A program made the translations under genes and the position numbers. Under the pieces are notes generated by a model, which made no database searches, was not told where the DNA came from, and saw only the letters and a program-made list of their open reading frames with translations. A stretch of 64,000 bases of DNA from a virus (lineage: Duplodnaviria; Caudoviricetes), in the IMG/VR virus record IMGVR_UViG_2830161386_000001, positions 1 to 64,000 of that record. One strand, given 5' to 3'. Below are positions 28,790 to 38,790 of the stretch, piece by piece (the first letter of the stretch is position 1; every line of letters starts with the position of its first letter).

Positions 28790-28990
28790 GCGCGCGCTTT
28801 GTTGCTTGCAGTATCTAGTATAAGTAGTGCTTGCTAACGCATTGGACTAGTAGCTCAAACGCTGCTAGTTACAGTGGAATAGGACCGCGTGTTATTAAGA
28901 CAGTAACGCCAGTTATTAAATAGCGTTTGCTGTTATCAAATTACTGTTATTACCAGTATTATTAGTAATAACTAAGCGCACGTGCGCGTG
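28790..28990. other. AT-rich non-coding tract with GTTATTA repeats, candidate replication origin
   Basis: Sharp drop in GC; GTTATTA at 28891, 28912 and 28946, a variant at 28932 and an inverted copy at 28966. Confidence 0.45.
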
Positions 28991-29032
28991 GGGCGTGTAG
29001 GCTTCTTTGTAGACAGCCCCATGTAAGCTAAC

Positions 29033-31051
29033 CTACAAGTTTTGCGGCGGCTGCTGCGTCGCCTCGCTTTCCTCGCCCCCAATTGTTTTGCCGGCGCGCT
29101 GGCCGGAGGACTGGCGCGTGCTGTCCTCGGGCATGCCCATCGACACGGGGCTGCTTCCGCCCTGGTTGTCCTCGGTGGGGTCGGGGCTCGCGGTCGGCGC
29201 CTCCATGGAGGGCACCTCTCCTTGCTGCCGGTCCATTTGCTGGCGAACGAGCTTGTAGGCCTGCGGGTACTTTTTCTTTGCCCGCCGGAGGAGCTGCTTT
29301 CCCTTCTTGGGGCTTTGCTTGATCTTCTGCATGAGCTTTTTGGCGACGCGGCGGGGGTCGGGGCCTCCTTCCTCTTTCTGGGCTTCCTCCATGTCGTCTT
29401 GAAGCTCCATTTTCTTCCGCTGGACGATCTCCTGCCCCTCGGCCTTGGCGCGGGCCTGGGCCTCCCCGCGTATCTCCTTGATTTTGCCCATGCGCTTTGC
29501 GTCCTCCTCCATTTTTTGCCACTCGGACTCCGGGTCCAGGCCCTGGTCTTCGAAGAAGGTCGAGAGGCTGAGCATGTTGTTCATCGCCGCCTGCGCCCGG
29601 GTCTTCTTTCGCTTCTGGTCGTCGGGCCCCTCGTAGTCTTTGAGGTGCATGTTCATCGAGGACGGGAACTGCTCCTCCCCAAGGTTGGCGACGACCTGGT
29701 CCTGGAAAAAGTCGAGGGCCTCGTTGAACCGCTCGGCGTGCAGGCCGGTCTGGGCGGAGAAGAGGCGCTGCTGGACGGCCATCCCCGAGTATTTCCCGCC
29801 GCCGAAGAGGAGCTCGTAGGGGATGCCCATGGCGGTGGTGATCATCCGGAAAATCGGCTGAAGCTCCTCGGTAATCAGCTGCATTCGCCCCTTGCCGAAC
29901 GCCTTCACGTTGCCGACCGGAATCGGGCTGACGCCCACGAAGTTCGGGTCGTCCCGCCAGTTTTTGAGGATCGACTTGACGTTTTTCTTAAACGAGGAGC
30001 CGGGCATCGCCGCCACCGGGTCGAGCATCCCAGACTGGCTTTGCGGAAAAAGAATGTCGAGGTCTTGAATCTTTCCCCGGGCGACCTGCTCGTTGGACCG
30101 GAGCAGGGTCATGTAGTAAAAGATGAGCTTAAAGGCGGAGTAGAGCCGGGGGATGCCCCACCCGTTGAAAGCCCCGCTCACCTTCACGTTGGAAAGGTGG
30201 TGCAGGCGCTCCTCTTTGATGCGGACGTTGCGGTCCTCGCGGGCGGCCTTGATGTACTCCCACGGGTCGTTGTTGAGGTGCCACCGGTTGTTGTCCTTGA
30301 TCAGCTCCTTGGTGTCGTGCTGGAGCTGGTAGTAATACCGGTTCTCCCCGGTTACCTCGTTGTGGTGGATCTCGATCTGGTTCGGGTCCCACTTCTTGAT
30401 CGAGAGGTTCTGGGCGGAGGGGTAGTAGCGGTCCTGGCGCTCGAAGATGACCTCTTTGCCGGTTTTGGGGCACTTGCCCTTAAAACGGCCGTCGCCGGTC
30501 ATCGACCAGTTTATGTTTTTTGCCTTGTAGCGGTCCGGGAGCTGGTGCCCGTTGGTGGGCTCCTCGGCGTTTTCGGCTACCTTTTGGTCGAGCTCCGCTT
30601 CCGGGCGCTGTCCCTTCCGGACCTGCTCGGCCTGCTTTTTCAGCTCGTTTTTGGCAATTTCCGACGTCCCGTTTGCGTTGGGGCTGATCAGGTACCGCTG
30701 CACCGGGACGCGAAGCGAAAGGAAAGCGTTGGAGTACACCGCAAGGTCGATCCCCGCTTCTAAAAACTTCTCTCGGACGTTTAGCTGCTGCTCGAAAAGC
30801 TCCTGGTACTTGTTTTTGACCGGCTCGGACTCGTGCTCGTAGACGACCTGCGTGACCGGGGCCTCTGCCATTTTGTGAACCGCTCCCGACACGATGGGGT
30901 CGGACATCACCAGGTACCGGCAAAACCGGAAAATCTCCTTGATGTTGTCCGGCATGTGGTAGTCCGCCATCGAAAATAGCTTCGACGGATAAAAGTCGTC
31001 CGCCTCGTCTTCGGTGAGGGAGCCTTCGATGCCTCGCGTGTGGTTGACCAT
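29033..31051 (-). CDS. portal protein
   Basis: DPIVSGAVHKMAE.P; LHHL...GWGIPRL; AMGIPYELLFGG; 672 aa; located at the edge of the structural region. Confidence 0.7.
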   Translation of the reverse strand: MVNHTRGIEGSLTEDEADDFYPSKLFSMADYHMPDNIKEIFRFCRYLVMSDPIVSGAVHKMAEAPVTQVVYEHESEPVKNKYQELFEQQLNVREKFLEAGIDLAVYSNAFLSLRVPVQRYLISPNANGTSEIAKNELKKQAEQVRKGQRPEAELDQKVAENAEEPTNGHQLPDRYKAKNINWSMTGDGRFKGKCPKTGKEVIFERQDRYYPSAQNLSIKKWDPNQIEIHHNEVTGENRYYYQLQHDTKELIKDNNRWHLNNDPWEYIKAAREDRNVRIKEERLHHLSNVKVSGAFNGWGIPRLYSAFKLIFYYMTLLRSNEQVARGKIQDLDILFPQSQSGMLDPVAAMPGSSFKKNVKSILKNWRDDPNFVGVSPIPVGNVKAFGKGRMQLITEELQPIFRMITTAMGIPYELLFGGGKYSGMAVQQRLFSAQTGLHAERFNEALDFFQDQVVANLGEEQFPSSMNMHLKDYEGPDDQKRKKTRAQAAMNNMLSLSTFFEDQGLDPESEWQKMEEDAKRMGKIKEIRGEAQARAKAEGQEIVQRKKMELQDDMEEAQKEEGGPDPRRVAKKLMQKIKQSPKKGKQLLRRAKKKYPQAYKLVRQQMDRQQGEVPSMEAPTASPDPTEDNQGGSSPVSMGMPEDSTRQSSGQRAGKTIGGEESEATQQPPQNL

Positions 31052-31074
31052 AGGTGAACGTGGATTGGGGGCTC

Positions 31075-31090
31075 AGTCCCAGCTGGGACT
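31075..31090. repeat. 16-bp palindrome, copy 4
   Basis: Exact copy about 24 bp upstream of the portal start. Confidence 0.95.
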
Positions 31091-31158
31091 CAGCGTCAGC
31101 AAGTGGGAAATAAAAATGCCTGGAAAGGGTGGGCGGCCGTTTTCAAATTCCGGTAGCG

Positions 31159-31848
31159 CTAGCCGTCTTCGCCAAACGGGTTTTCTTCCGGGGCCGCGTC
31201 CCGGCGGTAGAGGTCCGCCCAAATCGAGGCGAGGCGCACGACGTGACGGTAAACAATTTCTTTTTGGCCCTCTGCCTCATCTTCAGGGCCGAGCCGGGTT
31301 TTGACCGCCCGGAAAAGAGCGCGGGGCGTCTCCGGCCCCTCGGCCATAAGCGCTTCCCAGTGGCTTTCGGCTTTATCCTGCACCTCCGGCATGTGCATGA
31401 GGCGGCGCAGGTTTTCTTCGGCGGGGTGAAACCCGAACCACTCGGTCGGCACGCAAAGCGGCTCTCTCGCGAGCGTGGTTGCCATGTACGCCTCAACCTC
31501 CTCCCCGACCGCGTCTTGCCGGAGCGGGCCCGGCCCCACGAGCTTCCGCATCGAATACAGCCCATAGGCCATCTGCGCCGCGTCGACGGGCTGCCACATC
31601 TCCGGCGTCATCTCCAGCCCGCAAAATGCCCGCGTCACGTTTTCGAAAAGCAGGGGGTTGAACGCAAACCGGTCGGCCCGGAGCACCTCTCGGGTCGCTT
31701 CGACCCGCTCAAGCTGCTTCTCATCCGGGTCGAGGCCAAACTTCTCCCGGAGGGTCAGCTCCATGACCTGCGGGGCCCACCCGAGCCATTCCTGGTCGTA
31801 GTAGAAGGAAAAGGTCTTTGCAAGCTGTCGGGGCGCGTCTACGTTCAT
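31159..31848 (-). CDS. hypothetical (likely virion-associated) protein
   Basis: 229-aa ORF upstream of the portal gene. Confidence 0.65.
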   Translation of the reverse strand: MNVDAPRQLAKTFSFYYDQEWLGWAPQVMELTLREKFGLDPDEKQLERVEATREVLRADRFAFNPLLFENVTRAFCGLEMTPEMWQPVDAAQMAYGLYSMRKLVGPGPLRQDAVGEEVEAYMATTLAREPLCVPTEWFGFHPAEENLRRLMHMPEVQDKAESHWEALMAEGPETPRALFRAVKTRLGPEDEAEGQKEIVYRHVVRLASIWADLYRRDAAPEENPFGEDG

Positions 31849-32381
31849 TATCGTTGCGTTGGGATCATAGAGCTGAGGATCTCCGCATCCGGCACTTCGC
31901 CGGACGAGGGGGGCCTGAACATGACCATGAGAGAGCTTTCAGACAGTGGCGATATCGAGTGAGATTGGCCCCTGGGAATCGTTACGGCGGCGCCGGGCCG
32001 CAAGGTCTGGGTATCTCCGCCTTTTAAGCTGAACGTAAGGGCGCCGGACATGACCCAAATGTACTGGTCATGCATTGGGTGGTAGTGCTCCGGCAAGTCG
32101 TGGCCCGGAGCGCAGGCGACGGCGTAGACGTCGAAATCGTCTTGGTGGACAATTTTTTTCTCGGCCCACCCCTCGTTGTTTTTGAGGGCGAGGGACGGGG
32201 GGGTTGCTTTTCCGTCGCTCGGGTCGAAGGCGCTTCGAAGCGCGGCCCGGCTGCTCCGGAGGTGCGTCAGCTCTTTCGCTGGCGCTGCTTCAGCTCCTGA
32301 TAGAGATCGTCCATCAGGTCCCCCTGCTCCTGAAACTCGTCCATCGTCTCCTGATGCTTGTCGAGGGTCCGTTCCTTCCAT
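31848..32381 (-). CDS. cupin-domain protein (start uncertain)
   Basis: PEHYHP..DQYIWVMSG.L and LRPGAAVTIPRGQSHSI cupin motifs. Confidence 0.75.
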   Translation of the reverse strand: MEGTDPRQASGDDGRVSGAGGPDGRSLSGAEAAPAKELTHLRSSRAALRSAFDPSDGKATPPSLALKNNEGWAEKKIVHQDDFDVYAVACAPGHDLPEHYHPMHDQYIWVMSGALTFSLKGGDTQTLRPGAAVTIPRGQSHSISPLSESSLMVMFRPPSSGEVPDAEILSSMIPTQR

Positions 32382-32512
32382 TCATCTCTCTCGTTTCTTA
32401 GCCGCTCGATCTGCTGTTCGAGCCGGCGGTTCCAGTAGTACATCGCAGTTACGGCAATCCCATAGGCGCCGAACTGCTTTAGAAAGACCGATATAATTTC
32501 TTCAAAGCCCAT
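32267..32512 (-). CDS. small membrane-anchored coiled-coil protein (holin-like)
   Basis: N-terminal hydrophobic segment followed by a charged coiled coil. Confidence 0.5.
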   Translation of the reverse strand: MGFEEIISVFLKQFGAYGIAVTAMYYWNRRLEQQIERLRNERDEWKERTLDKHQETMDEFQEQGDLMDDLYQELKQRQRKS

Positions 32513-32548
32513 CTGATAATTTGTTCGTAGAACGCGAATCTAAGGAGA

Positions 32549-33532
32549 CTACGCTCCCTGAACTGCATCCCGAAAAAGCTCCCGCTCGGCGCTGGAAAGC
32601 GCCTTCAGGGCGTCTTCGCCTTCTTTTTCATACCGGTCGGCAAACCCCTCGCCAAAAATCTCCGCCACCTTGCTAAGGTCCCGTTCTTGCTTTGGCGTTT
32701 CGCTTTTGGGAAACACCACCTTGTGGGCCGTCGGCTCAACCTTGCTGGCCATTTTCTCCCCGTCCATCGGGGCCAGGCCCGCGACCTCGTCTAGCGACCG
32801 CAGCTTCCGGGCTAGCTCCGGGAGGTCGGTGTTGCTCGCCTGCTTCTTCAGCTCCTGGTACATCGGCTGAAGTTTTTCGGGGGCGCGTGCCTTGCGGGCA
32901 TCGACGTGCTCTTCAAACCGGACCGGCACCGAGGAGCGGCCGAACCGGGACACGGACGGTTCGCTGATTTCGGCCCCGGTTTTCTCCGCCTGCTTCAAAA
33001 TCGGCCGCGCCTTCTCGCACTTCTTCCGGGGCGGCATCGGGGCGGCGCCCAGCATCTTGGCGGCGGCCTTGACGTGATCCTTTGTGTCGAGGGGGTACTC
33101 CATGCCGTCGATCTCGACGGCCGTCTCCACCGCCGACGCGCTTGCCCGTTTTTCCTGCCAGGCCTGCTTGTCGATCGACCCGACGTAGACGATGTTTGTC
33201 GCCTGCGGGTCCGGGCGCTCCTCGAAAGCGGGCTCCGCAATTTTTTCCCGGGCGTGCTGGTCGATAAAGTACGCGGCGGTCTTGACGACCTCGTCCGGCA
33301 TCTCCCCGCGAGACTTATCGAGCGCCTCCTTGCTCATGCGGATGTCCATTTCCGTCTGTACCGGAAACTTCGGCCGCTTCTCCCGCCCGTCGTCTAGCAC
33401 GACGGCAAAGTCGTCGTGCGAGGCTTCTTTCAGCGCCTCTTTTCGGTCCGCAAGCTGGCTGGCCAGTTTTTCGGCCTCCTCGCGCCCCCGGTCGAACTGG
33501 TCGTTTACATGTCGAAGAAATTGTTGTAGCAT
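32549..33532 (-). CDS. hypothetical head-associated protein rich in K-x-A motifs
   Basis: 327 aa; two related segments KFPVQT and EYPLDT; many KxA(S) motifs. Confidence 0.6.
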   Translation of the reverse strand: MLQQFLRHVNDQFDRGREEAEKLASQLADRKEALKEASHDDFAVVLDDGREKRPKFPVQTEMDIRMSKEALDKSRGEMPDEVVKTAAYFIDQHAREKIAEPAFEERPDPQATNIVYVGSIDKQAWQEKRASASAVETAVEIDGMEYPLDTKDHVKAAAKMLGAAPMPPRKKCEKARPILKQAEKTGAEISEPSVSRFGRSSVPVRFEEHVDARKARAPEKLQPMYQELKKQASNTDLPELARKLRSLDEVAGLAPMDGEKMASKVEPTAHKVVFPKSETPKQERDLSKVAEIFGEGFADRYEKEGEDALKALSSAERELFRDAVQGA

Positions 33533-33555
33533 TCTGAGTCAGGTTTATTGCGCGC

Positions 33556-36543
33556 CTACGACAAGACCGTGATCGATACGGTGCCCGGCACGAACGTCTC
33601 GACGTTGCTTCGAGAAACTGAGAAATCGGTTGTTGATGTCCTGTTGCCGTCTCGGGAAAGGCGGCGGGCCGAAAGCGTGGCGGAATCGGTGTTTACGCTC
33701 TCGGCGCCGCGGTTTTGAAGGGCCGCCGCTAGGACCGATACGTCGATGAACTCTTTCTGGCGGTTCCGAATCCACTCGCGGATCATCGGCTCGACCTGCC
33801 CGCTAAACGTCCCGCGCACCTCGGCCGAAAAGTCGATCCACACCGGCCGGCGGTGGCGCGGAAGCAGGTCTGCGTCAATTTTTCGCTTCGGTGACGTATT
33901 CATAAAATCATGAACGGCGGCCACCTCGTTGTGGACGCGGGCCTCGGCGGTAATGGTCGTGCTCACGATGCCGGTATCAACCGGCATGTATACCGTCTCC
34001 TCCATCGACCCGCGGCGGCCGTCCCCGGCCCAGAAGTACCGGTACTCCGACCCCTCTTGGAGAGCAACTCCCTCTGGGCTTGACCCGGCGTATACGTTTG
34101 TAATCTCCGCAACTGGCCCACCGAAGTCCTCCGGCCGAAGGGTGTTGACCGCGTCCGCGGACTGGATCGTCGTTGACCGCGTGACGCTGGGCCGGTTGTC
34201 GCTTCCGGTGTCCTGGGTGAAGAACACGTCGGCCATGCCGCCAAGGTCGGTTTTGCCCTGGTAGCTCCGCCCGGTAATCTGGTCGACGTCCAGCTCCGCT
34301 ACGACCGGGGAGGCGGCCGGGCCTTCATGCGGGTGCGCGCTCGTGATGAGCATCCGGACGTGGCCGGAGCTGGTGCGGTAGCTGCCGACCTCGACCTCCA
34401 GCTGGCTGCTCCAAAACGAAAAGGAGTCGTAGCGCGGAGCCTTCGCTTCGGTCCACTCCTGGTTGCTTGGGTCCCAGAGGTAGATGTCGTGGCCGTAGGT
34501 TTCGGCGCCGTCGTGGCCTTTCCCGCGGGCAATTACGTCAATCTCGACCCGCCCAGAGAGGCCGGTTACGTCCACCTCCGAAATCACCTGCGGGTAGGAC
34601 TGCTGGACGTTTTCGACCCGGAAGCCGTTGAACGTCCAGTACTCGGTCCCGCCCGTAGAGCTGACGCCCAGGCCGACGTGGGTGGCGTTGATCGGGTTTT
34701 CCTGCGGGGTCGTAATGTCGTCGGGGCCCGGCTGCAACAGCTCCTCGCGCCGGTTTTCCGGCACGTAGGCCCCGTACTCCAGCGTTGGCGTGCCGGGCCG
34801 GGGCTGCCCGTCCGGCCAGAGGCGAACGGTCATTGTCATCCCGTTTTCCCCCTCCGCCGGGCTCCCGACCATAAGCTCGTACTGGTAGGTCGTCCCGGTG
34901 TCAACGGGCATGGAGGTCTGGGAAAGCGTGTTAAACTCCAGGGTCCCGCCGACGTGCTTCTCCCCGACGACGCTCATCTGGCGGGCCGCCGACGCGTTGT
35001 CGGTAATAAAGACGTTGGGGCGCCCTCCGTCCCCTGCTTTTACGATTGCGCCGTACCCCTCGAACCACCGGAACTTCGGGGCGCCCCGCCCGACCTGGGA
35101 AAGCGCGTCGGGGTTTTCGGTGCGGGCCATGCTGATGCAGGCCGGACGCTCCGGATCGGTCGTCTGGAAGCTCCCCCGCATGCGAAAGCCATAGGGCTGG
35201 GGGACTTTCCGTTGAAGCACCGGCGAGGTGTTGTTTTCGATGCCGCGGTACCCTTCCGACGGGTACTCGCGGGGCCGGGTAATTTCCTGCACGATGTCTT
35301 GCCGGACCTCCGAAGAGACGCCCTCCTCCCGCAAGCGCTGGTTGACCGCCTCCGCCCGGGCCTGGTCCTCCGACGTGGTCGAGAGGGTAAAAACCGGTAG
35401 GGTCAGGTCGGGGAAGCTATCCGACGGGTTCGGCAGCTCCTCCTCCCGCTTTTGCCGCAGGTTTCGGGGGCCTAACACGAGGCTGCCGTCGTTTACGAAA
35501 ATGCCGCTTGCGCTGTCTTTTTCGCGCCACCGCTCGCCGGTGTTGCCCGCGATCCAGCCGTTTCCGATTGCGGTCTTAAAGGACTGGTCGCGGCTGAAAT
35601 TGTCCTCAAACAGCACATCGGTCGACACCGACAGGGTTTCCAGGTCCGTGCTCGTTACGCTGTTGTAGCTCTCCTGCGGGACCTCTCCGTCAAAGGAGCT
35701 TGGCGGCTTTTGCTTCGACCGCGTGGTCCGGTAGTACAGCGCGCTGTTGTTGGGGATCGAGCGCCCCTTGGTTTTGTTGGCGTACCCAATTTCTTGCACC
35801 TCCTCGTAGGTGCGGACCGTGTTTCGCTCGATTTCCGGGTCCCCCGGCTCGGCAACAAACACGTTTTGGACCGCGTCCCCGAACTGCTCGCCCAGCTGAA
35901 ACTGAAGCCCGTCTTCGGTGTCCAGGGCGCGGGAGCTAACCGCCTGTTGGAGCCGAGAGCGAAGCCGCTCGTCCCCCTCTGATACCGAGGCGCTGGTGGT
36001 CGGCTCCGGGTTGTACGTCCCGACGAGATTGTCGATAATAAACCCCGGCGTCTGGATCGCATCGGCCCCTACCTCGTGGCTCGGGCCTTCTTCGGCGGCT
36101 TCAACCGGCACGTCCGGGGTCTCGTAAAGGGTCTGGTCGTTTCGGGTGACCTCCGTGAGCTGAGAGGCGGGGAACCGGACCGCCCGGGTTGTTTGGTATT
36201 CCAGGTCCTGAGCAAAAACAGACGACCCCTCCGGAAGATTGACTTCCGTGGGGGTCGTAAACAGAAGCCGGACGTCTGCGGTGGCCCGGCTCCCGCCCTG
36301 CCGCTCGGTTAGAAAACGGGCCGCTTGCGCCTCAAGCACGTCTCCGGTCGCGCCCGGGCCGGGCGGGTTGTTCTGCTGAATAAGCGTTTCGGCCTCGGAG
36401 AACACCGGCTCCATAATCATCGAAAGCGGGTTGATCACCTGGTCGACGATCACCGACCCCTCCCGCACCGCTCCGTCGCTGTCGCTGGAGCTGTACTCGC
36501 GGAAAAGCGACTCAAAAAGTGCCTTTACGTCTTGTTTGTCCAT
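33556..36543 (-). CDS. baseplate J/gp6-like wedge protein with large internal insertion
   Basis: REGSVIVD.VI.P, RQGGSRAT..V and EGDERLRSRL in the N-terminus; next to a gp25-like gene. Confidence 0.75.
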   Translation of the reverse strand: MDKQDVKALFESLFREYSSSDSDGAVREGSVIVDQVINPLSMIMEPVFSEAETLIQQNNPPGPGATGDVLEAQAARFLTERQGGSRATADVRLLFTTPTEVNLPEGSSVFAQDLEYQTTRAVRFPASQLTEVTRNDQTLYETPDVPVEAAEEGPSHEVGADAIQTPGFIIDNLVGTYNPEPTTSASVSEGDERLRSRLQQAVSSRALDTEDGLQFQLGEQFGDAVQNVFVAEPGDPEIERNTVRTYEEVQEIGYANKTKGRSIPNNSALYYRTTRSKQKPPSSFDGEVPQESYNSVTSTDLETLSVSTDVLFEDNFSRDQSFKTAIGNGWIAGNTGERWREKDSASGIFVNDGSLVLGPRNLRQKREEELPNPSDSFPDLTLPVFTLSTTSEDQARAEAVNQRLREEGVSSEVRQDIVQEITRPREYPSEGYRGIENNTSPVLQRKVPQPYGFRMRGSFQTTDPERPACISMARTENPDALSQVGRGAPKFRWFEGYGAIVKAGDGGRPNVFITDNASAARQMSVVGEKHVGGTLEFNTLSQTSMPVDTGTTYQYELMVGSPAEGENGMTMTVRLWPDGQPRPGTPTLEYGAYVPENRREELLQPGPDDITTPQENPINATHVGLGVSSTGGTEYWTFNGFRVENVQQSYPQVISEVDVTGLSGRVEIDVIARGKGHDGAETYGHDIYLWDPSNQEWTEAKAPRYDSFSFWSSQLEVEVGSYRTSSGHVRMLITSAHPHEGPAASPVVAELDVDQITGRSYQGKTDLGGMADVFFTQDTGSDNRPSVTRSTTIQSADAVNTLRPEDFGGPVAEITNVYAGSSPEGVALQEGSEYRYFWAGDGRRGSMEETVYMPVDTGIVSTTITAEARVHNEVAAVHDFMNTSPKRKIDADLLPRHRRPVWIDFSAEVRGTFSGQVEPMIREWIRNRQKEFIDVSVLAAALQNRGAESVNTDSATLSARRLSRDGNRTSTTDFSVSRSNVETFVPGTVSITVLS

Positions 36544-36607
36544 AACAGAGTTGCGCTGGTAAGGCTACGTTTCGGGAGCTATGTCCTGGCGTTCTACACG
36601 CGAGTTG

Positions 36608-37024
36608 TCACACCTGTATTTCTGCGTTCTGCCCGGCCGCCGACCGGACCGTGATAAATATATCGAGTTGGCTCGGGTCGTCGCTGTTGCGGTTGACGCC
36701 GCTGACCGACATTGAGGCAAGGGTTTCGTCCGGTGGCAGGTCCAGCTCTTGCTGCTCGTTTTTCATCTCGACGGCCAGCTCGTCGACCCGGCTTTTGATC
36801 TCTTCGCGGAGGTCGGAGGAGTTGGTGCGGTACCGGCGGGTCAGGTCCCCGAGTCCGGCCCCGCGGTTTGGGCTCAGGGCGTCGCTTCCGGGGGTGGTCA
36901 AGAGGTTGTTGACCACCGCCTGCGCGAGGCTTACGATGCCTTCGGCCCGGAGGGGCACCTCGCCGGGAATTTTATACGTCACCGCCCCGTCCGACGGAAT
37001 TTGAAGAAGTCGAATGTCGGCCAT
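36608..37024 (-). CDS. gp25/GPW-like baseplate wedge subunit
   Basis: LAQAVVNNLLTTPGSD...PNRGAGL; 138 aa; precedes the baseplate J-like gene. Confidence 0.7.
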   Translation of the reverse strand: MADIRLLQIPSDGAVTYKIPGEVPLRAEGIVSLAQAVVNNLLTTPGSDALSPNRGAGLGDLTRRYRTNSSDLREEIKSRVDELAVEMKNEQQELDLPPDETLASMSVSGVNRNSDDPSQLDIFITVRSAAGQNAEIQV

Positions 37025-37032
37025 TGCAAACG

Positions 37033-38790
37033 TTAGCTTGGCAGCTCAGCCATTTTCTGAGCGTCGGCGTCGTTGCTTTCGGAAATTGCGGTGATCGCCC
37101 CGCGGGCAAGCCGGGCCCGCTCTCTGGTTTTCCGTTTGGCTTCGAGGTACGCCCGCTCTTTGTCGGCGGGAAGCGTGCCGGTTGGTTCCGGGCACGTGTC
37201 GGCCTGCTGGACCGGGAGCAGAGACGTGGCTCCCGCAAACACGGTTTTGATCTCCCGCGAAAACTGCCCGCGCAGGATGCTCTCGATTGGGTTTTCGATT
37301 CCGGCGCTTCCAAGCAGCTCCGCAACCACCGACACGGTCGAGCTGGACTGTTCGTACAGCCCGGACAAGGCCTGGGCTTCTTGAAGCGCGCTTTCGGTTT
37401 CTTGAAGCGTCGTACTTGCGGCCTGCACCGGGTCTTCGGTTTTTGGCTCCAGCCCGACGAGACCGGTGGCCTGGTCGGCAAGCCGGCCGAACACCTCCAG
37501 GCGCTGAATGGGGCTTTGCCCGGACTGGCCCCGGAAAAACGGGCGATCAAAAAACGAAACCGCCCGGCTGTACCACTTCTCTTCGCTAATGGGGCGGTCG
37601 TCTCCGATCTGCGAGAGCAGCCCGAGCTTGCGGGCGAGCTCTTGTAGCTCCGAGGCAATTTCGGCCCGCCGCTCTGCCTCCTCCGGCCGGAGGGCTTCGA
37701 TCTCGCTTTGCAGGCGCTCTGTCTCTCCTTCAATGTAGCGAATCTGCTGGCCTGCCTTGACGAGCTGAGCCACGCCGTAGACCGGTCCGACCGTGTCGCT
37801 CATCGTCCGGGCAAGACTGCTCCAGGTAAGCACCTGCCCGTATAGAGACGCAATAGGGCTCGCGCCCAGACTTGAAATCGCGTCTCTGGCTTCCTGAAGC
37901 GCGTTTCGGCTCCGGCCGGCCCCGCCGATTGCAGAGCGGAGAAGCGCCGTCGCCCGGCTGGAGGCCAGAAGACGGCTTGCGTCAGATAAGTCCGTGCCGG
38001 CGGCCTCCAGGGCCGGCTCGTTGACCGAGCTGCTTTCCTCGTACTGCGAGCGGGCGACTTCCAGGTTCCGGTGGGCGGTTTCGGTGCGACGGGCCGCCTC
38101 CTCGATCCGGGGGCCACCTGCTCCAGACAAGGCCGACCGGGCCCGACGAGCCGCCGCGGCCCCGCGCCGTATCGACCGGACCCGAGAGCGGAACCGAACA
38201 AGCCGGTTTCGCATCCGGCGCAGGTCCCGCTCGGTCCGCCGGACCAAAAGCCCCATGACGCCCCGGAAAAAGGCGCTTTTGCTGCTTGAAACGATGTCAA
38301 GGGCGGCGACTGCCGCCTTCCGGGCGCGCTTTCCCTTCCGGCGCACAGCCCGGGCGGTTCCCTCCCCAAAGGTTCGGTCGAGCCCCTCGCTTACGGCCCG
38401 GTCAATTTTCTGGTTGGCAAGCTCCCCGATCTCTCCTGTCGACGTGCCGAGCCCGGCGGCAAGCGACTCCTCGGCCAGGCGCCGCGAGGCGTCGGAGAAG
38501 GTCGTTTCCGTGTTTTCCGCGGCGCTTGCGGCCTCCTGCTTTAGCTGCTTGTAGAGGCTGTCAACGCGGGACTGGACCTGCGACACGATCGACGAGGACA
38601 CCGGCTCAAGCCGCTTCCGGTTGCTCCGAATCGCGCTTCTTACGTCCCGAGCCTTCTCAAGCGCGGCGGAAACGCACTCCTCCGACGCGGAGCGGACGTC
38701 CGCGAACCGCCGGGCACGCCTCTTGGCGTTTTCGGCTACTTCTTTGGCCTGCTCGGTAACTTGTGCCGTAAGGCTGTCTTCTAAAATCAT
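37033..38790 (-). CDS. hypothetical helical A/R/S-rich protein
   Basis: 585-aa ORF filling the gap between the sigma and gp25-like genes. Confidence 0.6.
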   Translation of the reverse strand: MILEDSLTAQVTEQAKEVAENAKRRARRFADVRSASEECVSAALEKARDVRSAIRSNRKRLEPVSSSIVSQVQSRVDSLYKQLKQEAASAAENTETTFSDASRRLAEESLAAGLGTSTGEIGELANQKIDRAVSEGLDRTFGEGTARAVRRKGKRARKAAVAALDIVSSSKSAFFRGVMGLLVRRTERDLRRMRNRLVRFRSRVRSIRRGAAAARRARSALSGAGGPRIEEAARRTETAHRNLEVARSQYEESSSVNEPALEAAGTDLSDASRLLASSRATALLRSAIGGAGRSRNALQEARDAISSLGASPIASLYGQVLTWSSLARTMSDTVGPVYGVAQLVKAGQQIRYIEGETERLQSEIEALRPEEAERRAEIASELQELARKLGLLSQIGDDRPISEEKWYSRAVSFFDRPFFRGQSGQSPIQRLEVFGRLADQATGLVGLEPKTEDPVQAASTTLQETESALQEAQALSGLYEQSSSTVSVVAELLGSAGIENPIESILRGQFSREIKTVFAGATSLLPVQQADTCPEPTGTLPADKERAYLEAKRKTRERARLARGAITAISESNDADAQKMAELPS

